A stretch of 64,000 nt of DNA. Source: Methanomassiliicoccaceae archaeon (GTDB lineage: Archaea; Thermoplasmatota; Thermoplasmata; Methanomassiliicoccales; UBA472). The notes beneath the pieces are model-generated. The model was not told the origin of the DNA. It did no database searches and saw only the letters and a list, made by a program, of their open reading frames with translations. The position numbers were made by a program, and so were the translations under genes. Where the stretch lies: the NCBI GenBank assembly GCA_963789555.1, contig CAWBKY010000001.1, forward strand, positions 24,105 to 88,104, read 5' to 3'. Of the stretch, positions 1 through 10,440 are shown piece by piece. Each line of letters begins with the position of its first letter. Within the stretch, counting starts at the first letter, position 1.

Positions 1-1447
1 GAGATAACCATCGACCCGATAACCAGGCTCGAAGGGCATGGCAGCGTGTCCATCTTCCTCAACGAACAGGGAGAGGTGGAGAACGCCTACCTCAAGGTCC
101 CTGAGCTGCGGGGCTTCGAGGCCTTCTGCGTCGGACGCCCGGCCGAGCTCATGCCCATAATCACCACCCGCATCTGCGGGGTTTGCCCGGTCGCCCACCA
201 CTATGCCTCGGTCAAGGCCTTGGACTCCGCCTTCAAGGTGGACCCGCCATCGGCGGCAAAGAAGCTGCGCGAGCTCCAGTACATGGGCTACATCATCTAC
301 GACCACACCTTGCACTTCTATTATCTGGGCGGTCCTGACTTCATCGTGGGACCGGATGCGCCGGTGGGGAAACGGAACATACTTGGGGGTGATCGAGAAG
401 GCCGGTCTCGACGTCGCCAAGGAGGTCATCAAGCACCGCGCCTATGGCCAGAAGATAACGGAGATCATCGGCGGAAAGGCCACTCACCCGGTCAGCGGAT
501 TGCCTGGGGGTATGAGCAAACCCTTGAGCGAGGAGTCCCGCGCATCCATCCTGGAGATGTCCAGGTCGTCGGTGGAGTTCGCCAAGTTCACCCTGCAACT
601 GTTCCATCAGATCGTCCTGGACAACCCACTGTACATGGGGATGATCCTGAACGAGGCCTACACCATGCGGACCTACTACATGGGTACCGTAGACGACCGG
701 AAACATGTCAATTTCTATGATGGTGAGGTGAGGGTGGTCGACCCATCGGGCAAGGAGTTCACGAGGTTCAGGGCGGAGGACTATGCCCATCACATCAGCG
801 AGAGGTCAGAGGCATGGACCTATTCCAAGATCCCCTACCTTACGAAGGTCGGCTGGAAGGGCTTCATCGATGGGCCTGGAAGCGGCGTGTACCGGGTCGG
901 CCCTCTAGGCCGCCTCAATGCCTCGGAGGGGATGGGCACTCCGCTGGCCAATGCAGAGTACCAGAGGCTGTTCGAAGCGTTGGGGAAGCCGGCCCATGGC
1001 ACCCTGGCATTCCATTGGGCCAGGTTGATCGAGCTGCTCTACGCCGCGGAGCGGGCGGTGGAACTGGCAAGCGACCCGGAGATAACCAGCACCAAAGTGC
1101 GCAACCAACCGGGAGAGCCAGGCGAGGGCATCGGCATCGTTGAGGCAGCCCGAGGCACATTGGTCCATCACTATCACCTGGACAACGAGGCCTTGGTAAA
1201 GAAGGTCAATATGATCGTGGCCACCACCAACAACTATCCGGCGATCTGCATGAGCGTCCGGGACGCTGCCAAAGGTCTAATCCACGGCGGGAAGGTGGAC
1301 AAGGACATATTGAACAAGGTGGAGATGGCCTTCCGAGCCTATGACCCCTGTTTCGGTTGCGCCACCCACTCCGCCATCGGACAGATGCCGCTGGAGGTCA
1401 AAGTGTTCGACCATGGCGGGCGGTTGGTCGACAGGTTGGAGCGCTGA
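1..1447 (+). pseudogene. [NiFe]-hydrogenase large subunit (group 3, MvhA-like); 5' end outside window; one frameshift
   Basis: Frame 1 from nt 1 reads EITIDPITRLEGHG...TTRICGVCPVAHH (N-terminal RxCGxC Ni-Fe motif). Frame 2 continues ...GVIEKAGLDVAKEV... to DPCFGCATHS (C-terminal DPCxxCxxH motif), stop at 1445-1447. The frames join at the GGGGG run 385-389; removing one G gives ...KRNILGVIEKAG... Confidence 0.85.
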
Positions 1448-1495
1448 CCCATCGCCCAACCCTTATCCCATGCGAACCTATGTCGGTCCGAGGCG

Positions 1496-1996
1496 GTGGC
1501 GTTGAGAGGACATGATGGGGGGCTCGAGATGGAGCTACGGAATTGGCTTAGCGATGCCTCCGTCATCGTGGTGGCGGGGATAGGTAATGCCATCCGCTGC
1601 GATGATTATGTCGGGGTCCGGGTGGTGGAGGGACTTAGAGGTAAGACATCACAGGCCGTTCACCTCATCGAGTGCGAGACCGTACCAGAGAGCTTCGTGG
1701 ACGAGATCGTCTCCATCCATCCCACCCATGTCCTCCTCATCGATGCCGCGTTGCTCGGTCTAAACCCTGGTGCGGCCCATCTGTACGATGTCGAGGAGGT
1801 GGCCGATGTCCCTTCCATTTCCACCCACACCTTGCCTCTGAGGGTCTTCAGCGACTATGTCGGGATGCTCACTGGAGCCAGGATCGCGCTGCTCCTCATC
1901 GAGCCCAAGTGCATGGACTTCGGGGATGTGATGAGCGAGGAGGTCGAGGAGGCGGCGGCCAGGGTCGAGAACCTACTTCTCGCCTATCTTCCCTGA
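1496..1996 (+). CDS. hydrogenase maturation endopeptidase (HycI/HyaD/FrhD family)
   Basis: 166-aa ORF with VIVVAGIGNAIRCDDYVG, LIDAALLG and STHTLPL segments typical of this protease family. It lies immediately 3' of the large subunit, whose C-terminal extension it would cleave. The start could instead be ATG 1529. Confidence 0.8.
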   Translation: MALRGHDGGLEMELRNWLSDASVIVVAGIGNAIRCDDYVGVRVVEGLRGKTSQAVHLIECETVPESFVDEIVSIHPTHVLLIDAALLGLNPGAAHLYDVEEVADVPSISTHTLPLRVFSDYVGMLTGARIALLLIEPKCMDFGDVMSEEVEEAAARVENLLLAYLP

Positions 1997-2102
1997 AAGG
2001 TGCCAGGGACCTCCGGGTATCGATGTCAACCTACCTACGCAATCTTTTTAGGTCATGGCCTGCAATGATGATGGGCCAATTGCGTGGAAGGGAGATGACT
2101 GG

Positions 2103-2670
2103 ATGAAGATCGTTGCGATAAATGGGAGCCCGCGGAAGGACGGGAACACGGCGAAGTTGTTGAAGAAGGCCACCGAGGACCACAAGGACACGGACCTGGT
2201 CTACTACGACCTCGTGGATATGAGGATCAAGGACTGCATCGCCTGCATGCATTGCAAGAAACATGACGAATGTTCCATCAAGGATGACATGACCCAGATC
2301 TACCAGGACCTACACGAATGCGATGCAATGGTCTTCGCATCCCCGATATACATGGGAGCGGAGACGGCATTGCTCAAGGCGATGGTCGACCGCATGTATG
2401 CGTTGCTGGCCCCGGCCCAAGGCCCGAAACGTTACGAGCCCCGTCTGGCCCCTGGCAAGAAGGCGGTGGCGATATTCACGGCGGGCAATCCGCAGGCCAA
2501 CGAAGTGTCTGACCTACATGAAGGACAGGTATTACATGGCCATGGCCTTGCAGGGCATCTCCAAGGTCCAGGTGCACATCGTGGGAGGAACGTCCCCCGC
2601 CATCGACATCATGGAGAGGGCGGAGGCGCAGAAGGTCGTGGCCGAGATCAAGAAGTTCATCGAGCACTGA
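2103..2670 (+). pseudogene. iron-sulfur flavoprotein / NADPH-dependent FMN reductase family; one frameshift
   Basis: MKIVAINGSPRKDGNT... flavodoxin-like N-terminus and a compact CIACMHCKKHDEC (CxxCxxCx5C) motif as in Isf proteins. The last ~55 aa (YMKDRYYMAMALQG...KKFIEH*) are in another frame; shift near 2500-2520. Confidence 0.7.
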
Positions 2671-2677
2671 GCGGGGG

Positions 2678-3242
2678 ATGGAACACGACCTTCCGGGCGT
2701 TCATCGCAGTGGACGTGGAACCTCAGGCCGAACCTGGCCAGGTTCCATCATGACCTGATGAACGTGGGCCCAGGCCTCAAGCCAGTGGACCTGGGCGGCG
2801 GTGCATATCACCTTGAAGTTCCTGGGGGACACCGACGAGAACTTGATCCCACAGATCGAGGCCGTGATGAGGCAGGCGGTCCTGGGCATACCTGCATTCT
2901 CATTACGATTGACGAACGCCGGGTCGTTCCCCCATCGCCCTCCGATCAGGGTGGTATGGGTAGGCCTCAAGGGGGCAGAACCTCTGGCACAGATGGCCAC
3001 AGGTATTGGAGGAAGGTTTGGCCATCATCGGTTTCGCGAAGGAGGACAGGCCGTTCTCCCCGCATCTGACCATGGCTCGGGTGAAGGACCCCAAGGCCTC
3101 CTTCGCCTCGGAGAAGATGGTGGAGCGTTACAAGGACCAGGAATTCGGTGAGCAGGCGGTATCCTCGATCAAGCTGAAGAGGTCCGTGCTCAGCCGAAGC
3201 GGCCCAGAATACACGACCGTCCTCGAGGTCCCGCTTCACTGA
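2678..3242 (+). pseudogene. 2H-phosphoesterase family RNA 2',3'-cyclic phosphodiesterase / 2'-5' RNA ligase (ThpR/LigT-like); about 4 frameshifts
   Basis: FRAFIAVDV N-terminus plus the two HxT/S motifs of the 2H fold (HITLKFLG near 2801, HLTMARV near 3066). Fragments lie in all three frames, with shifts near 2690, 2725, 2795 and 2995. Confidence 0.7.
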
Positions 3243-4627
3243 CCATATGACTCGAAGAGCGAGAACTCGGTGTGGCGCAGCATTTCCTGCGGGGGATGGT
3301 CCTTGATGAACTCGATGTTGTAGTTCCCTGCGTTGAAATCGGCGTTCCGCAATATGAGCCGGTGATAGGGTATGGTGGTCTTGATGCCGGAGACGGTGTA
3401 GCGGTCCAACGCGTCCTTGGAACGGGCAATGACCTCTGACCTTGAGGCCCCAAACACCACCAGTTTCGCGAGCAGGTTGTCGAACTCGGTAGGCACCACG
3501 TAACCTTCATAGGCGGCGGAGTCGACCCGCACATTCTCACCTGACGGCTCCATGTACTTCTCGATCCTCCCAGGCGAGGGCATGAAGTTGCTGAACGGGT
3601 TCTCCGCGTTGATCCTGAACTCCATGGCATGCCCCCTTGGCCGAACCGAGGAGAGGACTTGGCTCACATCCTTGTCCGAAGCGATGTTGAGCTGGATCTC
3701 TACCAGGTCCAGACCGGTGACCGCCTCGGTGATGGGGTGCTCCACCTGAATGCGGGTGTTCGCTTCCAGGAAGTTCAGGTCACCGTGTTCGCTCATGAGG
3801 AACTCGAACGTCCCCAGACTGGTATATCCAGACTTCTTGACCGCCTCCACGCACAGGTCCATGATGCGATGGCGCAGCTCCGGGCTGACCGCGGTCGATG
3901 GCGTCTCCTCAAGGATCTTCTGGTGACGGCGCTGCACGCTGCACTCCCTCTCGCCCAGGCAATAGGCGTTCCCGCGGGAGTCGCCCACCACCTGGAACTC
4001 GATGTGCCTCGCTTTGAAGAACGCCTTCTCCATGTAGATGGTGGAGTTCTTGAAGGCCTTTTCCGACTCGTTCTTGGCGTTGGTGAACGAGTCCTCCATC
4101 TCCTCGTCCGTGTTCACCACCCTCATGCCCCGCCCACCGCCTCCGCCCGAGGCCTTCAGCATGATGGGATAACCGATCTCCCTGGCCTTGACCTTGGCGT
4201 CCTCGGCGTCCCTCAACGGGTCCAATGTACCTGGCATGACCGGGACCCCGACCTTCTTCATGAACGCCCGTGCGGAAAGCTTGCTACCAAGGCTCTTCAT
4301 GGCCCTTGGGTTCGGCCCGATGAACACGAAGCCCTCCTCCTCACAACGCTGGGAGAACTCCGTCTTCTCTGATAGGAAACCGTATCCGGGATGGATGGCC
4401 TCGACCTTCATGCGGCTCGCCACATCGAAGATCGCGTCCATATCGAGGTAACCGATGCCACTCTCGTGCGCGGACAGCTCCACGCTCTTGTCGGCGAAGG
4501 ACACATGCTTGCAGTGCTTGTCGGTCGGAGTATAGATGCCAACGGTAGGTATCCCTAAGCGTTTGCATGTTGCCATCACGCGTATGGCGATCTCACCCCG
4601 ATTTGCGACCAACACTCTTTTGAACAC
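3236..4627 (-). CDS. accC: biotin carboxylase (acetyl-CoA or pyruvate carboxylase subunit A)
   Basis: Intact 463-aa ORF: MFKRVLVANRGEIAIRV..., ATP-grasp glycine loop KASGGGGGRGMR, and EFRINAENP near the C-terminus. Confidence 0.9.
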   Translation of the reverse strand: MFKRVLVANRGEIAIRVMATCKRLGIPTVGIYTPTDKHCKHVSFADKSVELSAHESGIGYLDMDAIFDVASRMKVEAIHPGYGFLSEKTEFSQRCEEEGFVFIGPNPRAMKSLGSKLSARAFMKKVGVPVMPGTLDPLRDAEDAKVKAREIGYPIMLKASGGGGGRGMRVVNTDEEMEDSFTNAKNESEKAFKNSTIYMEKAFFKARHIEFQVVGDSRGNAYCLGERECSVQRRHQKILEETPSTAVSPELRHRIMDLCVEAVKKSGYTSLGTFEFLMSEHGDLNFLEANTRIQVEHPITEAVTGLDLVEIQLNIASDKDVSQVLSSVRPRGHAMEFRINAENPFSNFMPSPGRIEKYMEPSGENVRVDSAAYEGYVVPTEFDNLLAKLVVFGASRSEVIARSKDALDRYTVSGIKTTIPYHRLILRNADFNAGNYNIEFIKDHPPQEMLRHTEFSLFESYGQ

Positions 4628-4888
4628 GTTACATCCCTCACGGCAGGCAGGCTACCATGCGATTCCTTCGCAGGGTATATCCATACTTTTTAAATAATTT
4701 TCCTCTAACAATTGAGAGAAATTTTAACATTATTCGTATTGAATCTTCGTAAATATAGTCCTTTTGAATTTTTATTCCAATTAGATATCGTATGCCACAG
4801 GATATCTTCGAAATTCGTAGATGAGGTTAGCATCATTGTAGCGGTCTCGTTATTGACCTCGCTCGAGGCATGATTCCTTCGTGGTCAA
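4628..4888. promoter_or_regulatory. AT-rich divergent intergenic region with TATA-like elements
   Basis: About 260 bp of strongly AT-rich sequence between divergent genes in a GC-rich genome. TATA-like strings TTTTTAAATAA (4687-4697) and AAATATAG (4751-4758). Confidence 0.5.
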
Positions 4889-5378
4889 ATGATCGCGACG
4901 AACAATAAGAGGCAAAAGAGGATAAAAAGGGACGATGGGGCAGGCATCGAGGGGCTGCCCCTGCAACTGATGGTGCTGGTCCTGATCGCCGGCGTGGGGA
5001 CCGCTGTGATGATGGGTTGGATGAGCGGGCTTTCCGCACCTAGCTCCATCGGCTCCATCCACGTCGACGCCGACCAGATCGTGCTCCAGGACGCGGACCA
5101 TGATGGCACCTACACCGGGGACGGCGTTCAATTCACCATAACCGTCCTCGACCAAAATGGGGACGCCGTGGAGGGAGCTACCGTCGTCCTTACCGGTTGC
5201 CAGATAACTGATGGAAACGGGAGAGCCCTCATGGGGTAACGGATGAGGATGGCGAGGTTCGATTCAGCCACCTCGACATGGCCTCTTTCGGAGGCAGGTG
5301 GCCTTCGTCAAGGTCACAGCCGCCAAGAGCGGGATGGGGACGGATTCCTCCACGAGCATCCCTGTGGTATGCGGGTGA
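4889..5378 (+). pseudogene. membrane-anchored pilin-like protein with Ig/CarboxypepD_reg-like domain; about 2 frameshifts
   Basis: Basic N-terminus then GAGIEGLPLQLMVLVLIAGVGTAVMM helix, followed by a beta-rich segment (GATVVLTG..TDEDGEVRF..VAFVKVTAAKSGMG). This segment continues in other frames (shifts near 5225 and 5300) to TGA 5376-5378. Confidence 0.45.
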
Positions 5379-5382
5379 TGGC

Positions 5383-5835
5383 ATGAGGATCCCTGACGAA
5401 CATGGCCTCGAAGGCATGCCCCTCAAATTGGTCATCATTTCCATCATGATATCCATCTGCGCCCCAGTCCTCTCCAACGCCCTGCGATCCTACGAGGACG
5501 AATCAGGTTCCATCCTGCTGCAGGATGCTTTGGAGAAGATACATGGCACGGTGGAGGAGGTCTACCTCTCAGGACCAGGTAACTCCCGGAGCCTTAATGT
5601 CCATATCCCCGAGGATCCAAGTCGCTATGTGGTCATCGGGGGACCGACCCGTTCTGAGAGTTTCTCCATCGCGATAATCGATCAGGGGTTGGAGTTGGAA
5701 CGGGTCTATCTGACCGATCCAGCTATCCGCCTGCTCACCCCTGGCGCCAACGGTCTGGTCCTTGAGCGCGATACCGTCATAACCATCACCTGTGTGGAGG
5801 TGTCGGGTGAGCGCTGCGTGGAAGTGACGACATGA
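5383..5835 (+). CDS. membrane-anchored pilin-like hypothetical protein
   Basis: MRIPDEHGLEGMPLKLVIISIMISICAPVL... has the same G-[IL]-E-G-[LM]-P-L-x-L + hydrophobic helix N-terminus as the preceding gene. No family recognised for the rest. Confidence 0.45.
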   Translation: MRIPDEHGLEGMPLKLVIISIMISICAPVLSNALRSYEDESGSILLQDALEKIHGTVEEVYLSGPGNSRSLNVHIPEDPSRYVVIGGPTRSESFSIAIIDQGLELERVYLTDPAIRLLTPGANGLVLERDTVITITCVEVSGERCVEVTT

Positions 5836-6347
5836 TCGAGTTCTTCGTATCCAAGCTCTGGGCCTTGGTCAGCGCGCTGGCGGTGCTGGGCGTGGTCGTC
5901 ACCAGCATCAACGGGGCGGTCCATGTCGCCGTCGATCAGTCCAGGGAGGATGCTTTCCAGAATCTGGTCGACTCCCTTGGAGGGATGGATGAAGGCTCAC
6001 AAGGCCACATGGAGTTGGCGTTGAGCGAGGTCTTGAATGAAGACGAGGAATTGCGCATGGGTGGTGGCATCATCGAGCTAATCGGTTTGGACCATCATTT
6101 CGTGCGCACCTTGCCAGGATCCGTCACTTTGTACGGTCGGGACGGCGCTGAACTTCCCGTCCGACCAGTGGCTCTCTCTGAGCTCAGGGTCGACCTTATT
6201 CATCGACATCGACGAAGGGCAAGGGGGCACTATGGTGAGGGTCTACGAAGCGAAGACCTTCACCATTCTTTCCACACAATCAACGAACCTCTTGGCGTCC
6301 ATTTCGTCGTTGTAGATGTAGGTCGAGGCCCTTGCACAACCATCTAG
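5832..6347 (+). CDS. hypothetical N-terminally anchored protein (third gene of the cluster); 3' end uncertain
   Basis: Starts MIEFFVSKLWALVSALAVLGVVVTSINGAV, overlapping the preceding stop (ATGA). The listed ORF runs about 100 nt into the convergent cysteine desulfurase gene. An alternative frame (..STLFIDIDEGQGGTMVRV..) suggests a frameshift near 6170-6200 and an earlier end. Confidence 0.35.
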   Translation: MIEFFVSKLWALVSALAVLGVVVTSINGAVHVAVDQSREDAFQNLVDSLGGMDEGSQGHMELALSEVLNEDEELRMGGGIIELIGLDHHFVRTLPGSVTLYGRDGAELPVRPVALSELRVDLIHRHRRRARGHYGEGLRSEDLHHSFHTINEPLGVHFVVVDVGRGPCTTI

Positions 6348-7453
6348 GCCCCTCGATGTGAAATATGGGTGGGAGCAGTGGGACCCAGAGCGGATCATGA
6401 CCTGTCCGATCTCGTCCAAGAACATGGCTACGTCGTGCGAGGTCAGCCCTTTCACGTTGAAGGAGCAAATGCTTCCCCGCTTGTCTGGGTCGACCGGGTC
6501 CAGCAGCCTCACCTCCTCCAAATGGCGCAGCCCGGCGGTCATTATCCGGTTCAGGCGACGCCCATGCTCCTGCACGTCGTCCATGCCGACCTCCTCAGGT
6601 ATTCGACCGCCGCGCCTGCCCCAATAATGCCTGCGTAGTTCAGCAGGCCTGCTTCGAACTTCTCAGGGGGCGGTAGATAGGTAGCATGATCATAACTGGT
6701 CTCCAACACGCTTCCGCCCCCGGACATCAATGGTCTCAGCTCCTTGAGGTGTTCCGCCTTACCGTAAAGCACCCCCATGCCGGAAGGACCGAGCATCTTG
6801 TGGATGGACATGCCAAACAGGTCGATGCCCATCCTCTCCATGTCCACATGCATATGTGGGGCGGACTGGGCACCGTCCACCACCATCAACGCGCCATGGT
6901 CATGGGCCAATTCGGAGATCTCTCGGACCGGGATGGTCACCCCATTGACATTGTTGGTATGGACCATGCTTACCACCTTCACCTTACGGTCCAATGTCTC
7001 CTTGAAAGCCTCCATATCGAACAATCCGTCCTTGGTGGACCTGCAAAAACGCCGGACTATGCCCTTCCTTTCAGCCAGTTCCATCCAGGGGACATGGTTG
7101 CTATTGTGTTCGGCATCGGTCGTGACCACGACATCTCCGCGTTCCAGGTTCAGTCCGAAGGCGACGGTGTTCAAAGCCTCCGTGCACGATTTGGTGAATA
7201 CCACCTCCATCTCGCTCTCAGCGCCGATGAAACGCGCTATCGTCTCCCTGGCCTCATCCACTTTCAGGGAGACCTGGGTGGCCAATCTGTGGACGCTCCT
7301 CCCACCGCATGCTGGATAGGACGTATAGTATTGGTCCATGGCATCGATCACCTGCCTTGGCCTAAGGCTCTGGCAGGCCGAGTCCAGGTAGACCGGGCCC
7401 TCCGGGTCCTTGTCGTACAATGGGAAATCCTTGCGGATGCGGCCGACGTCCAT
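6243..7453 (-). pseudogene. cysteine desulfurase, SufS/CsdA-like (class V aminotransferase); one frameshift
   Basis: MDVGRIRKDFPLYD...YLDSACQS...HKMLGPSGMGVLYG (PLP-lysine region) ...RSGSHCSHPY (active-site Cys loop). The fragments 7453-6551 and 6584-6243 join near 6596, where CTGAGGAGG on the coding strand should read CTGGAGGAGG (EYLEEVGMDD). Confidence 0.8.
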
Positions 7454-7538
7454 GGTCGATTGAATCCAGGCCCGGATATTTATGGCCTTTCACTCCAATA
7501 AAAACCGATTTATACCTGCAAGGCAGGATGGAGGGGTC

Positions 7539-8740
7539 GTGACCGGTCAACCCATCGTCTATTTCGACAACAGCGCCACCACCGCCATGGACCCGCGAGT
7601 GGTCGAGGCGATGGCACCATTCCATTGTGAACGATACGGAAATCCGTCCAGCATGCACCGTGCTGGCAGGGAGGCGTTCCAGGCGATGGACAAGGCGAGA
7701 GGGCAGGTCTCCACTGGCATAGGGGCGATGGCCAATGAGGTCGTGTTCACCGGGGGCGGGACGGAATCGGACAACCTGGCCATCATCGGTTTCGCGTTGG
7801 CGAACCGGTCCAAGGGCGATCACATCGTCACCACCCAAGTGGAACATCCAGCGGTCATCCGGAGCCTGCGAGCATCTTAACACCCTGGGTTTTCATACCA
7901 CCTTCCTCCCGGTCGATCGTCATGGGCTGGTCTCTCTGGAAGACCTCAAGGCGGCGGTGGGGAAGGACACGTTGCTGGTTTCGATGGTCACAGCCAACAA
8001 TGAGATCGGGACGGTCCAAGACATCATGGCGGCATCAGAGATAGCGCACGACAAAGGGGCCGCCTTTCACACCGATGCCGTGCAGGCGGCATGCCGAATG
8101 CCATTGGACGTGGCGAAGGGCAACATCGACCTTCTCTCCCTCGCCGCCCACAAGTTCCACGGTCCGAAGGGGGTGGGGGCCCTCTATGTCCGACAGGGCA
8201 CACCAATGAGCCCGATCGTGCATGGGGGAGGTCAGGAGAAGGGGCTGCGTTCCTCGACCGAGAATGTCCCAGGCATAGTGGGCATGGGCACGGCCATGGA
8301 GATAGGGCTTGCGGAGATGGAAGAGAGCGTGGAACGGATAGGGAGGATGCGCGACCATCTGGTCAAGGGGATGCTGGAACAGGTCGAGGGAAGCTTCCTC
8401 AACGGCCATCCCGTCCGGAGATTGTGCCACAATGCCCACATATGTCTCCCAGGCTATGAGGGGGAGATGATGGTGCTCGCCCTGGACCAAGCCGGGTTCT
8501 GTGTCTCCACCGGTTCGGCCTGTTCCTCCAAAAGGGGCCAGGTCATCCAGCACCCTCCAGGCCATCGGTCTGCGTCATGAACTGGCCCGCTGTTCCATAA
8601 GGATCACTCTGAGCAAGTTCAACCGTGACGAGGAGGTCGAACAATTCCTCGACGTCCTACCATGGGTCCTAGGCGGGGTCAAAGGCGCCACGGATGCCAT
8701 GCGCGGTCATTGCGAAGGGCTCGGTAGCATTAAGAGATGA
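7539..8740 (+). pseudogene. cysteine desulfurase, NifS/IscS-like; 2 frameshifts
   Basis: IVYFDNSATT...GGGTESDN...EHPAV..., SLAAHKFHGPKGVGALY (PLP-lysine), STGSACSS (active-site Cys), IRITLSKFNRDEEV. Shifts near 7865 and 8540. GTG 7539 is preceded by GGAGGGG; the start is uncertain. Confidence 0.8.
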
Positions 8741-8759
8741 CAGGGCATCTGGAGGGAGG

Positions 8760-9672
8760 ATGACCTCCCTCAAGGTGAACCTTGCCGGAATCAAGATGTC
8801 CAACCCCACCATGCTCGCCTCGGGCATGATGGGCGAGACCGGGGCCTCATTGGCCCGGGCGGCGGACCAAGGCGCCGGCGCGGTGGTTACCAAATCCATC
8901 GGTTCAGAGCCTAGGGACGGGTACAAGAACCCCACCATCTTCGAGTGCGAATCATATTTCGTCAACGCCATGGGCCTGCCTGGACCGGGCATCGAGGAGT
9001 TCGGGAGGGAGATGGGGGAGGCCAAGAAGGGGAAGGTGCCGATAATCGGCAGCATCTTCGCCTCCAGCCCCCAGGAGTTCGCGCGTTTGGCCGTCAAGAT
9101 GGAGGAACATGGCGCGGCCGGGGTGGAGCTCAATTTAAGCTGCCCGCATGCCAAGGGTTACGGGATGGAGATGGGGATCGACCCGGAGATGGTAGGCAAG
9201 ATAGTCCGGGAGGTAAAGTCCGCGGTCAAGGTGCCAGTGTTCTCCAAGCTCACACCGAACACGCACCGACTCATCGAGGTGGCGAAGGCGGTGGAAGGGG
9301 CAGAGGGGGACGGCGTGGTGGCCATCAACACCTTGAAGGCCATGGCCATATCCGTGGAGTTCCGCCGGCCGGTGCTGTCCAACCGGTATGGTGGCCTATC
9401 CGGGACGGCGGTCAAGCCGGTGGGGCTGCGATGCGTCTACGATCTGCACGACAACATCAGCATCCCCATCATCGGCGTCGGTGGGATAAGCGACTGGAGG
9501 GACGCCATGGAGTACATCATGGCCGGTGCCTCGGCGGTCCAGATCGGCTCAGCCATCGCCACCAGAGGGCTGGGGGTCTTCAGCGAGATAACCAAAGGGA
9601 TGGAGGCGTACATGGAGGAGAGCAGGTTGCCATGACCTCAGGGAGCTGGTGGGGGTGGCCCATGAACGCTAA
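8760..9672 (+). pseudogene. pyrD: dihydroorotate dehydrogenase, catalytic subunit (class 1B); 3'-terminal frameshift
   Basis: MTSLKVNLAGIKMSNPTMLASG...NLSCPHAKG...GGLSG..KPV...IIGVGGI. The listed ORF stops at 9635, but the family-typical C-terminus (..[15 protein letters not shown]) is in another frame and ends at TAA 9670-9672. Shift near 9612-9620. Confidence 0.85.
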
Positions 9673-10440
9673 TCTCGTGGTCAAGGTGAAGGAGGTGGTC
9701 AGCGAGGGCAAGGGCATGACCACATTGCGTTTCGACCTGGACCGGACCGCCCGACCCGGTCAGTTCGTCATGGTCTGGGTGCCAGGAGTTGATGAGGTGC
9801 CCATGTCCCTTTCGTACATCGGGAAGACGAAAGGCATCACGGTGCGAGCAGATTGGGGAGGCCACCAAGGCGCTCTCCGAGGTGAAGGTGGGGGAGATGA
9901 TAGGGGTCCGCGGTCCTTACGGTCGGGGCTTCGCCCGGCCGAACGGGCGCTACCTGGTCGTGGGCGGGGGCACAGGGATCGCATGCGTCATGCCAGCGGT
10001 GGAGGTCTCAGGCGACCGCACGGTGGTGGATGTGGCGCTGGGAGCTCGCAATGAGGGCGAGGTCATATTCGAGGAACGGGCCCGAAAAGGGTCGGAAGAG
10101 GTCCAGATATCCACCGATGATGGCAGTCATGGAAGGAAGGGGACGGTGGTGGCCTTGGTCGAGGAGATGTTGGCCAAGCGCAGCTATAGTCAGGTCTTGG
10201 CCTGCGGGCCGGAGAGGATGCTCTACTACCTTTTGGAGTCGTGCAAGAAGTTCGGTGTGGAGAGCCAGATGTCCTTGGAGCGCTTCATGAAGTGCGGTTC
10301 CGGCCTGTGCGGCTCCTGCGTCATCGACGGCAGGCGGGTGTGCGCGGACGGACCGGTCTTCTACGGGAGGGAGATCGATGAGATGGCGGAGTTCAACCGC
10401 CTTAAGCGCGACGAGGCCGGTACGGATCATCAAGCTCTGA
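9662..10440 (+). pseudogene. pyrK: dihydroorotate dehydrogenase electron-transfer subunit; 2 frameshifts
   Basis: [13 protein letters not shown]...TLRFDL...[17 protein letters not shown], then (other frame) [10 protein letters not shown]...VVGGGTGIA...MKCGSGLCGSCV (2Fe-2S Cys cluster). Shifts near 9850 and 10420. Reconstructed end ..RDEAGRIIKL* at TGA 10438-10440, abutting the convergent gene. Confidence 0.8.
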
